A stretch of DNA of 64,000 nt from the human T2T-CHM13v2.0 reference genome, Homo sapiens: NCBI RefSeq assembly GCF_009914755.1, contig NC_060937.1; one strand, 5' to 3'. This document shows positions 1-16,750 of the stretch, piece after piece. The position numbers and the translations under genes are program-made. Within the stretch, counting starts at the first letter, position 1. Each line of letters begins with the position of its first letter. The notes below the pieces were generated by a model that searched no databases, was not told the origin of the DNA, and saw only the letters and a list, made by a program, of their open reading frames with translations.

Positions 1-769
1 ATATGAAATCAGTGCACCTTGAAAATGAACAGAATAACAGCGATTTTAGGGAACAAGGGAAGTTAACCATAAGGTCTGACTGCCTACGGGGTCGGGCGAA
101 AAAAGCCATATTTTTCTTCTTGCAGAGAGCCTATAAGTAGGAGAGATATCGCCAAATTCTTTCCTAGCAAGGAATAGTAAGACCCTAGGAAAAGAATTGA
201 ATTCCTGGGGGGAGGTCTATAAATGACCGATCTGGGAGTGTCTGTCTTATGTGGTGGAGATGAGGGCTGAAATACACCCTGGTCTCCTGCAGTACCCTCA
301 GGCTTATTAGAGTGGGAAAAAAAAACACTCCCTGGTAAATTTGAGATCAGACCAATTCTCTGTTCTTGAACCCTGTTTTCTGTTGTTTAAGATGTTTATC
401 AAGACAATATGTGCACAGCTGAACATAGACCCTTATTAGGAGTTTTTGATTTTGCCCTTTGCCTTGTGATCTTTATTGGCCTCAGAAGCATGTGATCTTT
501 GTTCTCCTTTTTGCCCTTTGAAGCATGTGATCCTTGTGACCTACTCCCTGTTCATACACCCCCTCCCCTTTTGAAGTCCTTGATAAAAACCTGCTGGTTT
601 TGTGGCTTACGTGGGCATCATGGACCTACCAATATGTGATGTCACCCCCAGAGGCCCAGCTGTAAAATTCCTCTCTTTGTACTCTTTCTCTTTATTTCTC
701 AGACTGGCCAACACTTAGGGAAAATAGAAAGAACCTACGTTGAAATATTGGGGGCAGGTTCCCCTGATA
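1..769 (+). mobile_element. MER11-type LTR (HERV-K11/HML-8), cut by the window start
   Basis: Ends ...GAAAGAACCTACGTTGAAATATTGGGGGCAGGTTCCCCTGATA, the MER11 3' terminus. Contains the MER11-style repeated AAGCATGTGATC motif. A MER4-group LTR follows directly, so it is probably nested in that element. Confidence 0.8.
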
Positions 770-1299
770 CCCTGCAAAGTCTCTTGTGTGAAAAATCCAC
801 ATTCTATAGAGAATCTCCTTTCCCCTGTGTTTTCCTTTATTTCCAGATCTAGGAGACAATTAACTAAGACCCAGGCACCCTTTTAGGACCCATAAGAAAC
901 ATTTTACAACTTGCTCTCTCTCTCTCAGTCTGCTGAGAGATTCCTTTGCACAATAAAACTTGGTCCCCACAATCCTTTATCTTAACCTGAACATTCTTTT
1001 CCATTAATCCCAGGTCTTCAGATAAACTCAATCGGAAAATGTTTAAATTTATCTATAGTCTGGAAGCCCCTGCTTTGAGTTGTCCCACCTTTCTGAACCA
1101 AACGAATGTACTTATTCAATGTATTTGATTGATGTCTCATGCCCCCCTAAAATACATAAAACCAAGCTGTACCCTGACCACCTTGGACACAAGGTTCTCA
1201 GGACCTCCTGAGGGCTGTGTCACTGGCCATGGTCACTTGTATTTGGCTCAGAATAAATCTCTTCAAACATTTTATAGAGTTTGTCTCTTTTCATTGGCA
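770..1299 (+). mobile_element. MER4-group (MER4D/E-like) ERV1 LTR, 3' part
   Basis: Contains GTATTTGATTGATGTCTCATG...ACCAAGCTGTACCCTGACCACCTTGG...GGCTCAGAATAAATCTCTTCAAA, typical of the MER4 R/U5 region with its polyA signal. Confidence 0.7.
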
Positions 1300-2551
1300 A
1301 CTAACACATGAATTGCCTTTTGAAATCTCTTTATATTTGTTAATTCTGTATTCACATTTATTATGTCTTCTATATATTTTGTTATATATACACATACATA
1401 TCAATTTGTGTGTGAATCCTTTTCCAGCTTGATTCAAAGCTGGATCTTATATTTTGTATACCCCTTAGGGAATTACATGGTAACTACCTATTAGTGATAT
1501 TTGTTTGAATAATTATCTCTATTTTAGTAACATCTATCAGAATTGTGCAGAATTTCTAATATAATATTTTGTGTGTGTTGGATTACATCAGAAAAGATAG
1601 GAGTTTGTGAATAATTGATCGTTTTCTACATGTTATGTTAAACAGTAAAACCAAAAGATAGCAGCTAGCATGGAAGAGTGAAGTGCAATATCTCTTGCTA
1701 AGTGGCTTGATTACTAATTGATTTGGAATAATACTGAAGTAAAAGGCAAAAAGCATACAGGGGAATTTTTTTCATCCTTTAGAAACCTTTGAAGATATCA
1801 ATCTTAACTTTTCTGAGCTTCTTTGTTCAAATAAAATTTTAGCTACTTCAGCATATAGAGAAACTCAAGGTAAAAAGTAATGACCTTTTCAAGCTTGAGC
1901 AAACAGGAAATTTTCTCATTTTTGTTATGGATATTTTATTGAGACCTTTATAACCAAGATAAATAATGTAAAAGCTTAGTGAAGAAATGTGGTCCACAAT
2001 AAATATTAAACAACAAGATAATAATGATAATGATTTTTTCATTGAAGACAGCTTTTGAATTTTTGATTCAAACTGTTAGCTTTGGGGCTTAATAGAGTAT
2101 TGATTGTACATAAGGGCTCTAAATAACAATAAAGTTATCCTCACAAGTGAAAATAATCACGTAAAAGAGCTTCTAATTAAAGTTGTAATTTATTACCATA
2201 AAATAAATTTTATTGCTATAGTTTATGACCACTATAGCTGAATAAATAACTCTGATTGTGATCAATAAGTATTGACTAGTAGAAATGAGTTGGCTGCAGT
2301 CTATTCCAAGCATGCAAGCCAGGACACATTTGTAAACACCAAAATTGTCTTTCTTTAAGTAATTCATTGTGTTAACAAAAATGAAATACACATACAATTA
2401 AAAAAAATTAACTACTTTTTCCCCCTAAAGGGTTAAATTATTTAAATGTTTGAATACATTTGCTTATCCCAAAGTCAATTTACATATTTGAATAGGTTTA
2501 GAAAAGTGGGGAACCAGTGCTTGAAAAGAGATATCTCAAAAGAGAAAGCAC

Positions 2552-2862
2552 TTTTTTTTTTTTTTTTTTTTTTTTTTTGAGACAGAGTCTCACTCTTTTG
2601 CCCAGGCTGGAGAGCAGTGGCACAATCTCGGCTCACTGCAAGCTCTGCCTCCCAGGTTCATGCCATTCTCCTGTCTCAGCCTCCTGAGTAGCTGGGACTA
2701 CAGGCGCCCGCCATTGCACCTGGCTAATTTTTTTGTATTTTCAGTAGACACGGGGTTTCACCGTGTGTTAGCCAGGATGGTCTTGATCTCCTGACCTTGT
2801 GATCTGCCCGCCTCGACCTCCCAAATTGCTGGGATTACAGGCATGAGCCACCGCGCCCAGCC
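2552..2862 (-). mobile_element. AluY
   Basis: Full dimer with polyT at 2552-2578 and Y-type diagnostics (GCAAGCTC, TTCATGCCATTCTCC). TSD GAAAGCAC at 2544-2551 and 2863-2870. Confidence 0.92.
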
Positions 2863-5259
2863 GAAAGCACATTTTAAACATGCTCTTATTGGATAACGAA
2901 AAGAAAAATCAGCCATTTCCTTTTGCAAGGTATCATCAGAGTTGAGACAATCACCTTTGTGTTCAATCTTAGTTTAGGATTTATGTATTTACCTGTGAGA
3001 GTAAACACTGTTCAAATTATATTCATATTGCTAATTTTATCCAAAAATATTTATTGAGTGCTTCTTATGTGCTGGGCATTGCTCTATGTGTTGAGGGCCT
3101 TATGTGTATTACTATCTTAAGAATAACTCAGGGCTAAGTAGAAAGTGGAGAATATAGTTTTGACCTCTAATAAACCAGGTTTTAAATATCAGGACTGCTG
3201 TAAACACTTCATCTGTTATTTAACTTTGGTTTTACTGTTTCTTCTTATGCAAGTTGAAAACAATAATAACTAATTTGTTGGGTTGTTGTAGGGTATAAAT
3301 GAGATGACGATATGAAAAGTACTGGTACATTATAGACTACAATGGATGGTTGCTTACCATAATTAAATAATAAGTAATAATTGTAAACAGTTATAAGCAT
3401 TCACAAATACATTATTGGTGGTTGAGATTTCAAGTGATCAAAATATGTGAAGATCCATCTTTATGGTTCTTGTTTCATTTTGATACAAAACTTGAGCCAC
3501 ATCCAACATTCATAAAATTTTCATATATTATATCTCATATGTGATGTGTTCACCAGCATTTCCTGATAAGATTCTTTATGGTAGCTCCTAGACATTGCCA
3601 CTTTGTAAACAACTGCATGCAGCCTAATCCCCAGAAATCCATCTAATTTTGGGGAAACTATTTTTGCTTCCAGTGAGTATCACTGCATTACCTAGGCTTT
3701 AAAACTACTCTAAGTAATACCAATACACTTCTTTTTTACTTTTGATGGCTGATTTTTTTTTCCAGCTACTAGTGCCTACTATTGGAATCCTTAGGATGTC
3801 AAAAGTTCTGTGGTGGTCTGTGGTTAAATTGAAGAGAATGCCACTTTGCATTTAGGCTGTCTTCTATGAGAGAAAAATCAACATCTTGTACCTCAAAATT
3901 TTAGCTTTAAGGGAATAAGTTCTTTCTATTCACAATTACAGTCCTCAGGTGAAATTCACATATGATTTTCTAAACCTCTGTTATAAACAACTTACCTGGC
4001 TTCTCATATAATATTTTTCATTATTTTTATTTTATTCTGTAATTTTATCAGTTGTAGATTTTGAATGGCATTGTTTCTTGAGGCTATGAGTGTTATGCAG
4101 TATAACTAGCATTATTTAAAATGCAATATTGGAATTATGAGTAGATCTCCTTTCAAGATGGCCATGATTAGTACTCTATATTAATAATTCTTTACATCTA
4201 CATTTTGTTTAATCAGAAAATTTTAAAATCACATTGCATTAGTTTTCTAAACCTAGAACCATTTTTATGGAATTTTAAAAAAAAACACTCTGAACATTTC
4301 TTTCTAATATACTAATTATAAATAGTTAATAAAGCAAACATAATATTAGAATTAAATTGAAGATCATGGAGTAAATAGCACATTATATTCTCTACTTAAT
4401 AGATTATCCTACAATTTCAAAGCCTTTTAAACCATTTTAACCACTGTGAAGTAACTTTGTACATTCTAGCACCTCCCCTTATTTCCCACCTTGTCTCTGA
4501 ACCTTTTTTTCTTTAGCCTTTATCAGTGAGTAAATGTCTATTTTGCCCCTTGCACAGTATTTGTATGACATACGAACTTCCATCTTGGGACAAGTAAAGT
4601 TTAAGTATATTTCAGTTTTATTCTAGCCCAGCTCTTCTCACTATTAAGCTCTTTGAGGATAAAACTTTGTCTTATTTTTCTCTGTAGGTCCAGAGCTTAG
4701 CATTGTGCTTTGCTAGGCAAGCATTCAATTTGTATTTAATAGTAGATGAGTAAATAAAATTAAAAAAAATCAATGAATGTCTATTATATATTTGAAATCA
4801 TCTGAACAGTTTTATATAAGAATATTATAAAGTACTATGTGATATATGACTATATTATATGTACAATGTATATACACATACATACAATGCTTGCTTTTTT
4901 ACAAAATATTTTATATCCTATGCTACAACTTGCTGTTTGTACTCAACATAATATTATAGACATTCTTTCACATGAAAGAAGTAGTACTCTATTATTTTTA
5001 GTGACTATATAATATCCCACAATGCAGTATGTTAATTTCTTTATTCCTCTTTTAATGGATTACTTACAAATTCAATATTAATAATGATGCTGCGTTAATA
5101 TAGTTGTATGCATTTCCAAAGACTATATTTTAATAGAAATTATTGAGTCGGAGGTATGTAAATTATATTTGTATTTGTGCTGCCAAATCAAACACCAAAT
5201 ATTTGTTCAATAGTTTCCAGTCTTTTAAAATATATACAAATGTATGTTTATATATATGT

Positions 5260-5392
5260 AAATAGATGATAGATGATGGGTAGGTAGATAGGTAGATTGA
5301 CATAAAAAGGGAGAAGACAAAGAAAGGAAGAAAATGAAAGGGAGAGGAAGGGAGGGAGGAAAAAAGGAAAGAAGGAAAGAGAGAAGGAGGGG
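5260..5392. repeat. GATA-like and GA-rich polypurine low-complexity tract
   Basis: TAGATGATAGATG... is followed by a nearly pure-purine GGAA/GAAA/GGGA run. Confidence 0.75.
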
Positions 5393-6187
5393 TATCTTTG
5401 AATATATCTGTATATATATGTAGGTGTGTCTGTATATATGAATATATACATTTTAAGAAAATGCAATTTATAAAGTGTTCAAATAAATTTAAAAAATTCT
5501 TAAAAAGGTGGAAATCTTTATTAGTCAGTTAGGATTTAGAGATAGATTAATAATAAGAGATGTCTCTTGAACATGTTACTTTGCAAGAAAAAATTATGAC
5601 CTTTACCATTTTTTGTCTTCTTCAATTTTTCTCCCTACCTTCCTTTTTAAATTCCCCTTCTTCCATGTCCCCTTTTAACACACAAATATCAGCCTCTAAG
5701 GAATCAGGGCACTTAGCAGACATCTTAGCTGGCATTCCCAATGCCTAAGGAAGTGGGGTGCTGAGAGGGAGGGGAGGCAGGCTGGTTGCTTTGTTGGTGT
5801 CAGATGCCTGAGAAAGAAGGATCACGGTTGGGAGGGTTTGAATGGCACAAGTCTACTGGGCTTCTTAGGAATCTGACCCATTTATCATTAGAGCAAGCCA
5901 CAGAGAATGTTAAAAGTGGGTGAAACAAGAAAGAGTAGCGTGGGATATTGTAATTCTTATGGAGATAACCACCAGAAGAAACAGCTTATGTAGTATGCAT
6001 CCTTCTAGATTGTGGAACTAGGTGTCAAGAAGAGATGGCTTGGTGAGAATTGTTTTAGAAATACTTGAGTTTTTAAACAATATTTGCATATTATTAAATA
6101 CATTTTACATTATAAAAAGAGCATATAGATCTTTAGTATATTTTGGAACTATATTTGTTAGATATATTTTATTTTTAATTTGAGGGC

Positions 6188-6689
6188 TGTGATAGTTTTA
6201 TGGTTAACTTGTCTATTCTACAGAACCCAGTTGTGTGGACAAAAACCAGGCTAGACATTGCTGTGAAGACATTTTCGAGAGGTAATTAACATTTAAAACC
6301 AGTTGACTTTAAGTAAAGCCAATTACTTTTCATATTGTGAGCAGGCCTCATCCAGTCAGTTGACGGCCTTAAGAGCAAAAACTGAATTCCCTTTGGAAAT
6401 AAGGGATTCTGCCTTATGGCTATAACATAGAAAGCCCAGGTAAGTGTCCAGCCTACTGTCCTGCCCTATGGATTTCAGATTCAAGACTGCAATATCAACT
6501 CTTACATAAATTTTCAGCTTCATCTCCTATAGATTTCAAATTTGCCAGCCAACACAATTGTCTGAGTCAATTCCTTAAAATCTCTTTTTCCTTTCTCTCT
6601 CTCTCAGAAGACACACAAACACACACACACACATACACACACACATTCTGTAATATGCTTTGTATCTCTGGAGAATGCTGACTGAAACA
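6188..6689 (+). mobile_element. MLT2-family (ERVL) solo LTR with internal (CT)n/(CA)n
   Basis: TG...CA termini and MLT2 core GGCCTCATCCAGTCAGTTGA..GGCCTTAAGAGCAAAAACTGA. 5-bp TSD AGGGC at 6183-6187 and 6690-6694. Confidence 0.85.
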
Positions 6690-6876
6690 AGGGCCTAAAT
6701 GTTTAAACATTAGGGCATTCCAAGGTGGCCAAATAGGAACAGCTCCAGTCTGCAGCTCCCAGCATGATCGATGCAGAAAACGAGTGATTTCTGCATTTCC
6801 AGCTGAGGTACCTGGTTCATCTCATTGGGACTGGTTGGAGAGTGGGTGCAGCCCAGCCAAGGGAAGCCGTCACAGA

Positions 6877-7071
6877 TTACCTGGAAAAATGAGACACTGT
6901 TGCCCAAATACTGTACTGTTCCCAAGGTCTTAGCAACCAGCAGACAAGATGCTTCTCACCCATGCCTGGCTTGGCAGCTCCCACACCCACGAAGCCTTGC
7001 TCAGTGCTAGCGCAGCATTCTGAGATTGATCCCCAAGAAGGCAGCCTGGCTGGGGGATGGGCATCTGCCAT
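6877..7071 (-). CDS. L1 antisense ORF0 homolog, 64 aa, open (expression unknown)
   Basis: GCAATGG start gives MADAHPPARLPSWGSISECCASTEQGFVGVG...SHFSR*. This is colinear with L1HS ORF0 (MAGAPPPASLPPCSLISDCCASNQRDSVGVG...TRFSR). Confidence 0.5.
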   Translation of the reverse strand: MADAHPPARLPSWGSISECCASTEQGFVGVGAAKPGMGEKHLVCWLLRPWEQYSIWATVSHFSR

Positions 7072-7645
7072 TGCTGAGGCTTGAGTAGGTAAACAAAGCA
7101 TCCAGGAAGCTCAAACTGGGTGGAGCCCATCACAGCTCAACAAGGCCTACTGCCTCTAGACGCCATCTCTGTGGGCAGGGCATAGCTGAAAGAAAGGCAG
7201 CAGACAACTTCTGCAGACTTAAACGTCCCAGTCTGACAGCTCTGAAGGGAGCAGTGGTTCTCCCAGCATGGGATTTGAGTGCTGAGAATGGACAGACTTC
7301 CTCCTCAAGTGCGTCCCTGACCCCTGTGTAGCCTAATTGAGAGACACCTCCCAGTAGGGGCCCACAGACACCTCATATAGGCTACCCCTCTGGGATGAAG
7401 CTTCCAGAGGAAGGATCAGGCAGCAATATTTGCTGTTCTGCAGCCTCCGCTGGTTATACCCAGGCAAACAGGGTGTGGAGTGGAACTCCAGCAAACTCCA
7501 ACAGACCTGCAGCTGAGGGACCTGACTGTTAGAAGGAAAACTAACCGAAAGGAATAGCATCAACATCAACAAAAAGGTAATCTACACCAAAACCCCATCT
7601 GTAGGTCACCAACATCAAAGACTAGAGGTAGATAAAACCACAAAG

Positions 7646-8677
7646 ATGGGGAGAAACCAGAGCAGAACAGCTAAAAATTCTAAAAATTAGAGTACCTTTT
7701 CTCCTCCAAAGGATCACAACTCCTCACCAGCAATGGAACAAAGCTAGATGGAGAATGACTTTGATGAGTTGACAGAAGTAGGCTTCAGAAGATCAGTGAT
7801 AAAATCCTCTGAGCTAAAAGAGGATGTTCGAACCCATTACAAGGAAGCTAAAAACCTTGAAAAAAAAATTAGACAAATGGCTAACTAGAATAAACAGTGT
7901 AGAGAAGACCTTAAATGACCTGATGGAGCTGAAAACCATGGCACAAGAACTCTGTGACGCATGCACAAGCTTCAATAGCTGATTTGATCAAGTGGAAGAA
8001 AGAGTATCAGTGATTGATGATCAAATTAAGGAAATAAAGCAAGAAAACAAGGTTAGAGAAAAAAGAGTAAAAAGAAACGAACAAAGCCTCCAAGAAATAT
8101 GGGACTATGTGAAAAGACCAAATCTACGTTTGATTGGTGTACCTGTAAGTGATGGGGAGAATGGAACCAAGTTGGAAAACACTCTTCAGGATATTATCCA
8201 GGAGAACTTCGCCAGCATAGCAAGGTGGCCAACATTCAAATTCAGGAAATACAAAGAATACCACAAAGATAATCCTCGAGAAGAGCAACCCCAAGACACA
8301 TAATTGTTGGATTCACCAAGATTCACCAAGGTTGAAATGAGGGAAAAAATGTTAAGGGCAGCCAGAGAGAAAGGTTGAGTTACCCACAAAGGGAAGCCCA
8401 TAAAACTAACAGCGGATCTCTCAGCAGAAACCCTGCAAGCCAGAAGAGAGTGGGGGCCAATATTCAACATTCTTAAAGAAAATAATTTTCAACCCAGAAT
8501 TTCATATCCAGCCAAATTAAGCTTCATAAGTGAAGGAGAAATAAAATCCTTTACAGACAAGCAAATGCTGAGAGATTTTCACACCACCAGGCGTGCCTTA
8601 CAAGAGCTCCTAAAGGAAGGACTAAACATGGAAAGAAACAACTGGTACCAGCCATGCAAAAACAGGCCAAATTGTAA
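7646..8677 (+). pseudogene. L1 ORF1p remnant (frameshifted)
   Basis: ATGGGGAGAAACCAG start; fragment KRNEQSLQEIWDYVKRPNLRLIGVP. Several frameshifts, including a 10-bp tandem duplication GATTCACCAA near 8310-8329. Confidence 0.88.
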
Positions 8678-8740
8678 AGACCATTGAGGCTATGAAGAAA
8701 CTGGATCAATTAGTGGGCAAAATAACCAGCAATCATCATA

Positions 8741-12641
<3,901 letters not shown>

Positions 12642-13591
12642 ACAGTGAGATCACTTGGACACAGAGCAGGGAACATGACACACCAGGGCCTGTCAGGGGG
12701 TGGGGGTGCTGGGGGAGGGATAGCATTAGGAGAAATACCTAATGTAAATGATGAGTTGATGGGTGCAGCAAACCGACATGGCACATGTATACCTATGTGT
12801 CAAACCTGCGCATTTGCACATGTACCCTAGAACTTAAAATAATAATAAGAAAAATTTAAGCATATAGTCCTTTAGTTTTCCATGAAACAACAATTCACTA
12901 AGATTAAGAAATTAGCTTTGATCTTAACATCTTAATTAAGGGCAAACTAATTAGAAAAATAATAATAATCTCAACTACATAAAAATAGATGTATTTGTAT
13001 TTGCAAAGCAGTATCAAAATAGTCAAGATCTCTGTTCACAAAATATCCAAAGCCACAATGTTATTTTACTTATACAAGTATTACCTATAACCCTGTTTAA
13101 ATTCTGAGACAATATGTTTATATATTTTCAAAAACTGTCACATATACTATTAGACCCAGAAGATGCTCAATTTGAAAACAAAATATATGAAGGCAGAATT
13201 TTTTGTCTTTTTTGCATTGCTGTATTCCCACTGCCTAGAACAGTGCCTGGTATTTGGAAGACACGTAAAAAAGTGTTTTTCTGAGTGAAGGAGGAGTGAA
13301 TAAATGAATGAGAAAAAGGGGGAAATTATTGAGGAAATACTGAAAACTATATATTAACCAAATTACTTATAGTACATATTAGTATATTAAAGTCTTTGAA
13401 GATTCCTACGTCAAATAAAACTTCTTTTGATTACATTTTAGCAACTCTATTAACTGACAAATAAAACTTTTTATCTAATGTTTTATACCTAATTTCTTAC
13501 AGAAACTTTCAATACCCAGAAAATTCAGTTGGAATATATTTTCCAATAGATATATTTTTGAAAACTGCATTGTTTACAAAATTCAATTTAC

Positions 13592-13906
<315 letters not shown>

Positions 13907-14832
13907 TTAAGTGATCCAATTGCCCAAGAATGACTTTTAGATACAAGTTTTTTTGTTTTATGTTGTTTAGAATGTCAAATTTTAATCTTAATATATATAC
14001 ATTCAATAGCACCATTTTCTCACCCTAAAAAATGCACTATTGCAGATCAATGAAATGAGTTACATCTCACTGACTACTTTCCTGTCATCCTTATTTTATA
14101 CTGACACGGTTGTCTGAATTTCTCTTTTATGATCCCAACTCATTTATCTTTTCTGATTGTTTCCTTTGCAAGTATTGTCATTTCTGTTTCTACAAAGAGA
14201 TCCATTAATATTTGTTTAACATTCAGTTTGCTAAAGTATCCTCCTTTTCTTACTATTCTTAGAACAGCTAGTAACAGGCACACAACTCTTCTTCTGAAAC
14301 TGCATTTTAAGTCTAGTTCTTGGCTTCTAGTCATCTTGCCGTTCTTCTTTTCTCCCATGCTATTCTTTTTTCTGATTCAGAGGAACCTAACTGAAAATGG
14401 CACACACAAATTGACATTGACTGGTTACTCTGTTAGGTTTTATAATGGACTTCAAAAGAGAGGTATAATCTCTAATTCAACTGTTATCACCTAATAACAA
14501 AGGAGATTCATTGATTCTGCAGAGACAAAACACCAAGCACTCAGAAAAAACCCAATTTTGCAAGCACCTTAATGAAATGATTTGTACATTGACAAACTAA
14601 GTAATTCTTCCTTTCCTACTTTATTTCTTGGCTTTTGTTTCACTTGATTTCTTATTATATATTGTAATAAAATAATGAGCACATCTGGAGTCTATTGGTT
14701 TAGTTCAACAGTTCATATAAAGATTTTAAAGTCAATCAGAAATTATTTCTTAAATACAAAATATTTCTCTCAACAATTTATCAATTATTTTCTTCATATG
14801 TCAAAAGTTTTAGTGCATCAATTATGCAGGCT

Positions 14833-15005
14833 GTAATCTTAGTCCATTTTAGCTACCATAACAAAAATAGCATAGACTTTATGGATTGAACAACAAACAC
14901 TATTTCTCGCAGTTCTGAAGGCTGAGAAGTCCAAGGTCAAGGTGCCAGGAGATTTGGTGTCTGATGGGGGCCCACTTCCTCATTCATAGATGGTGGTTTT
15001 CTTGG
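14833..15005 (-). mobile_element. MaLR LTR fragment (MLT1A/MST-like)
   Basis: TATTTCTCGCAGTTCTGAAGGCTGAGAAGTCCAAGGTCAAGGTGCCAG is the typical reverse-strand MaLR end. Confidence 0.7.
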
Positions 15006-15730
15006 ATAGCGGAGATTTAAAAGATATATACAACCACACACAGATACAGTTCTGACTATACATATATATGATCCTATTCGTATGTAAAGAAATTCTTAGT
15101 AAAATATATATGCAATTGTGTCTGTAAAGGTATACATACACATTTATCCAGATTTAACAACAAAGATAGGAATTCTGTTATACAGGAATAATAGCTTGTC
15201 AAGATAATAAACCCAGAAAGCTTCACCTCCTCATAAGCAGAGAGGATCTCTTGATATTCAAGGTTAAAGATAAAGTCTCTTTCTCCGGAAGGAAAAACAG
15301 GCAGATATACTGGCTGTTCCTGTATAAGCACTGAGTGGCATACTTTGGAGTTCCTCTCCTGTAAGGCAAACCCACTGCATGCCCAGATATCTGGTTCTCA
15401 CTGTTTGAAGACTGGGATTCAATAAATGTGTATTAAGATGCTACTCTGGCTTGGTGGTTTTGGTGTGTAAAATAATACGTGGTATGTTTCTCTGATCCAG
15501 CAGTCTGAAATATCTCTCAATATATATAAAACTATGGCAGACTAATTGATTAGCTTGCAACTAGAAAAACACCTCAAGCCCTCAATACTTTATTATTTCA
15601 CATATAATACCTATGATATTCTACCCCTCAAAAAAACAGAAGAATCTGTTCTCAAAACAGACGTATCTGTTCTCAAAACAGTATTACTTAACATCACACA
15701 TCACTCTAAATAATATAGTTAAGTAATTAA

Positions 15731-15857
15731 TTTATTTTTTGAGACAGGGTTTTGCTATTTTTGCCCAGGCTAAATTTGAACTCCTAGGTTCAAGTGATCC
15801 TCCTGCCTTAGCCTTCCAAGTAGCTGGGACTATAGGAATGCACCACTGCACCCAGTT
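15731..15857 (-). mobile_element. Free Alu monomer (FLAM-like)
   Basis: Single ~120-bp Alu arm with a T tail: TTTTGAGACAGGG...GCACCACTGCACCCAG. Confidence 0.8.
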
Positions 15858-16084
15858 TATAGCTAATATTTAGATAGAGTTTTTCAAATCTTTTAAAATA
15901 TCCAGGTGTGCATGGGTATAGTTTATGATAATATCCAAAAACAAGCATCTGTTCTGGTATAAAAAATCAATAAGCTGTAATGAAATTAAAAAGTCATAAC
16001 CTAGGATGATAATGATGCAAATATGCAGTACTTCTACTACTGACTATTCAGAAGCAGGCCAAGCTTTGTGATTAAAAACACAAT

Positions 16085-16750
16085 CCTTCACAAGACTGAC
16101 CTCACTTAAGACAATAGTCACAAATGTAAGGGTTCTCAGGCTACATTCAGTTTTAACCATTGGCTACAAATCTGTAGGTAGCTGCAACAATTTCAAATTC
16201 AATTCTTTGTTAGAATAACTCACAGGACTCAGAAAAGTGCTATACTTATTATTCTGATTTTATTGTAGCAAAAATCACAACCAGTCAAAGGGAGAGACTC
16301 AGAGGGAGAGGTCTGGGAGGGTGCCACCTGCAAAGCTTCCATCATCACTAGGATCATTAATCACTTGGCACATCAATAGATGACAGTATGCAGAGTATAG
16401 CCAACTAGGGAACTTCCTATCACCCTCAATGTCCAGGGCTTCTCTTGGGGTTTCATTATGTCAGAATGATTGAATCATTGACCAGGAGATTAAAGTCAGT
16501 CACTAGCCTTTTCTTTTCCTGAGATTAGGCTGACCCTCTAATTACATAGTTGGTCCTTCTGGTGGTCTGCCCTCATTCTGACTCATTTTGTTAGCATAAA
16601 CTTTGTAGGGGCCCACCATGACTCAGCTTATCAGCAAAATAGTTTGAGGGGCCCAGCGTAAACAACAAATATCCTTAGGCTATCCCGTGGATTTAGAGGC
16701 TACCTTCTAGAAACTAGGAAAAAAGATCATCCAATTATTTTTGTTTACAG
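16085..16750 (-). mobile_element. MER21-like LTR
   Basis: Matches recalled MER21 motifs CACAAGACTG.CCTCACTT.AGACA, GGCTACAAAT and TAGAATAACTCACAGGACTCAGAAAAGTGCTATACTTA. Confidence 0.65.

Noticed and set aside
12696-12719. G-quadruplex-like run in the L1 3' UTR
   Set aside because: A normal feature of L1PA 3' UTRs, not specific to this locus.
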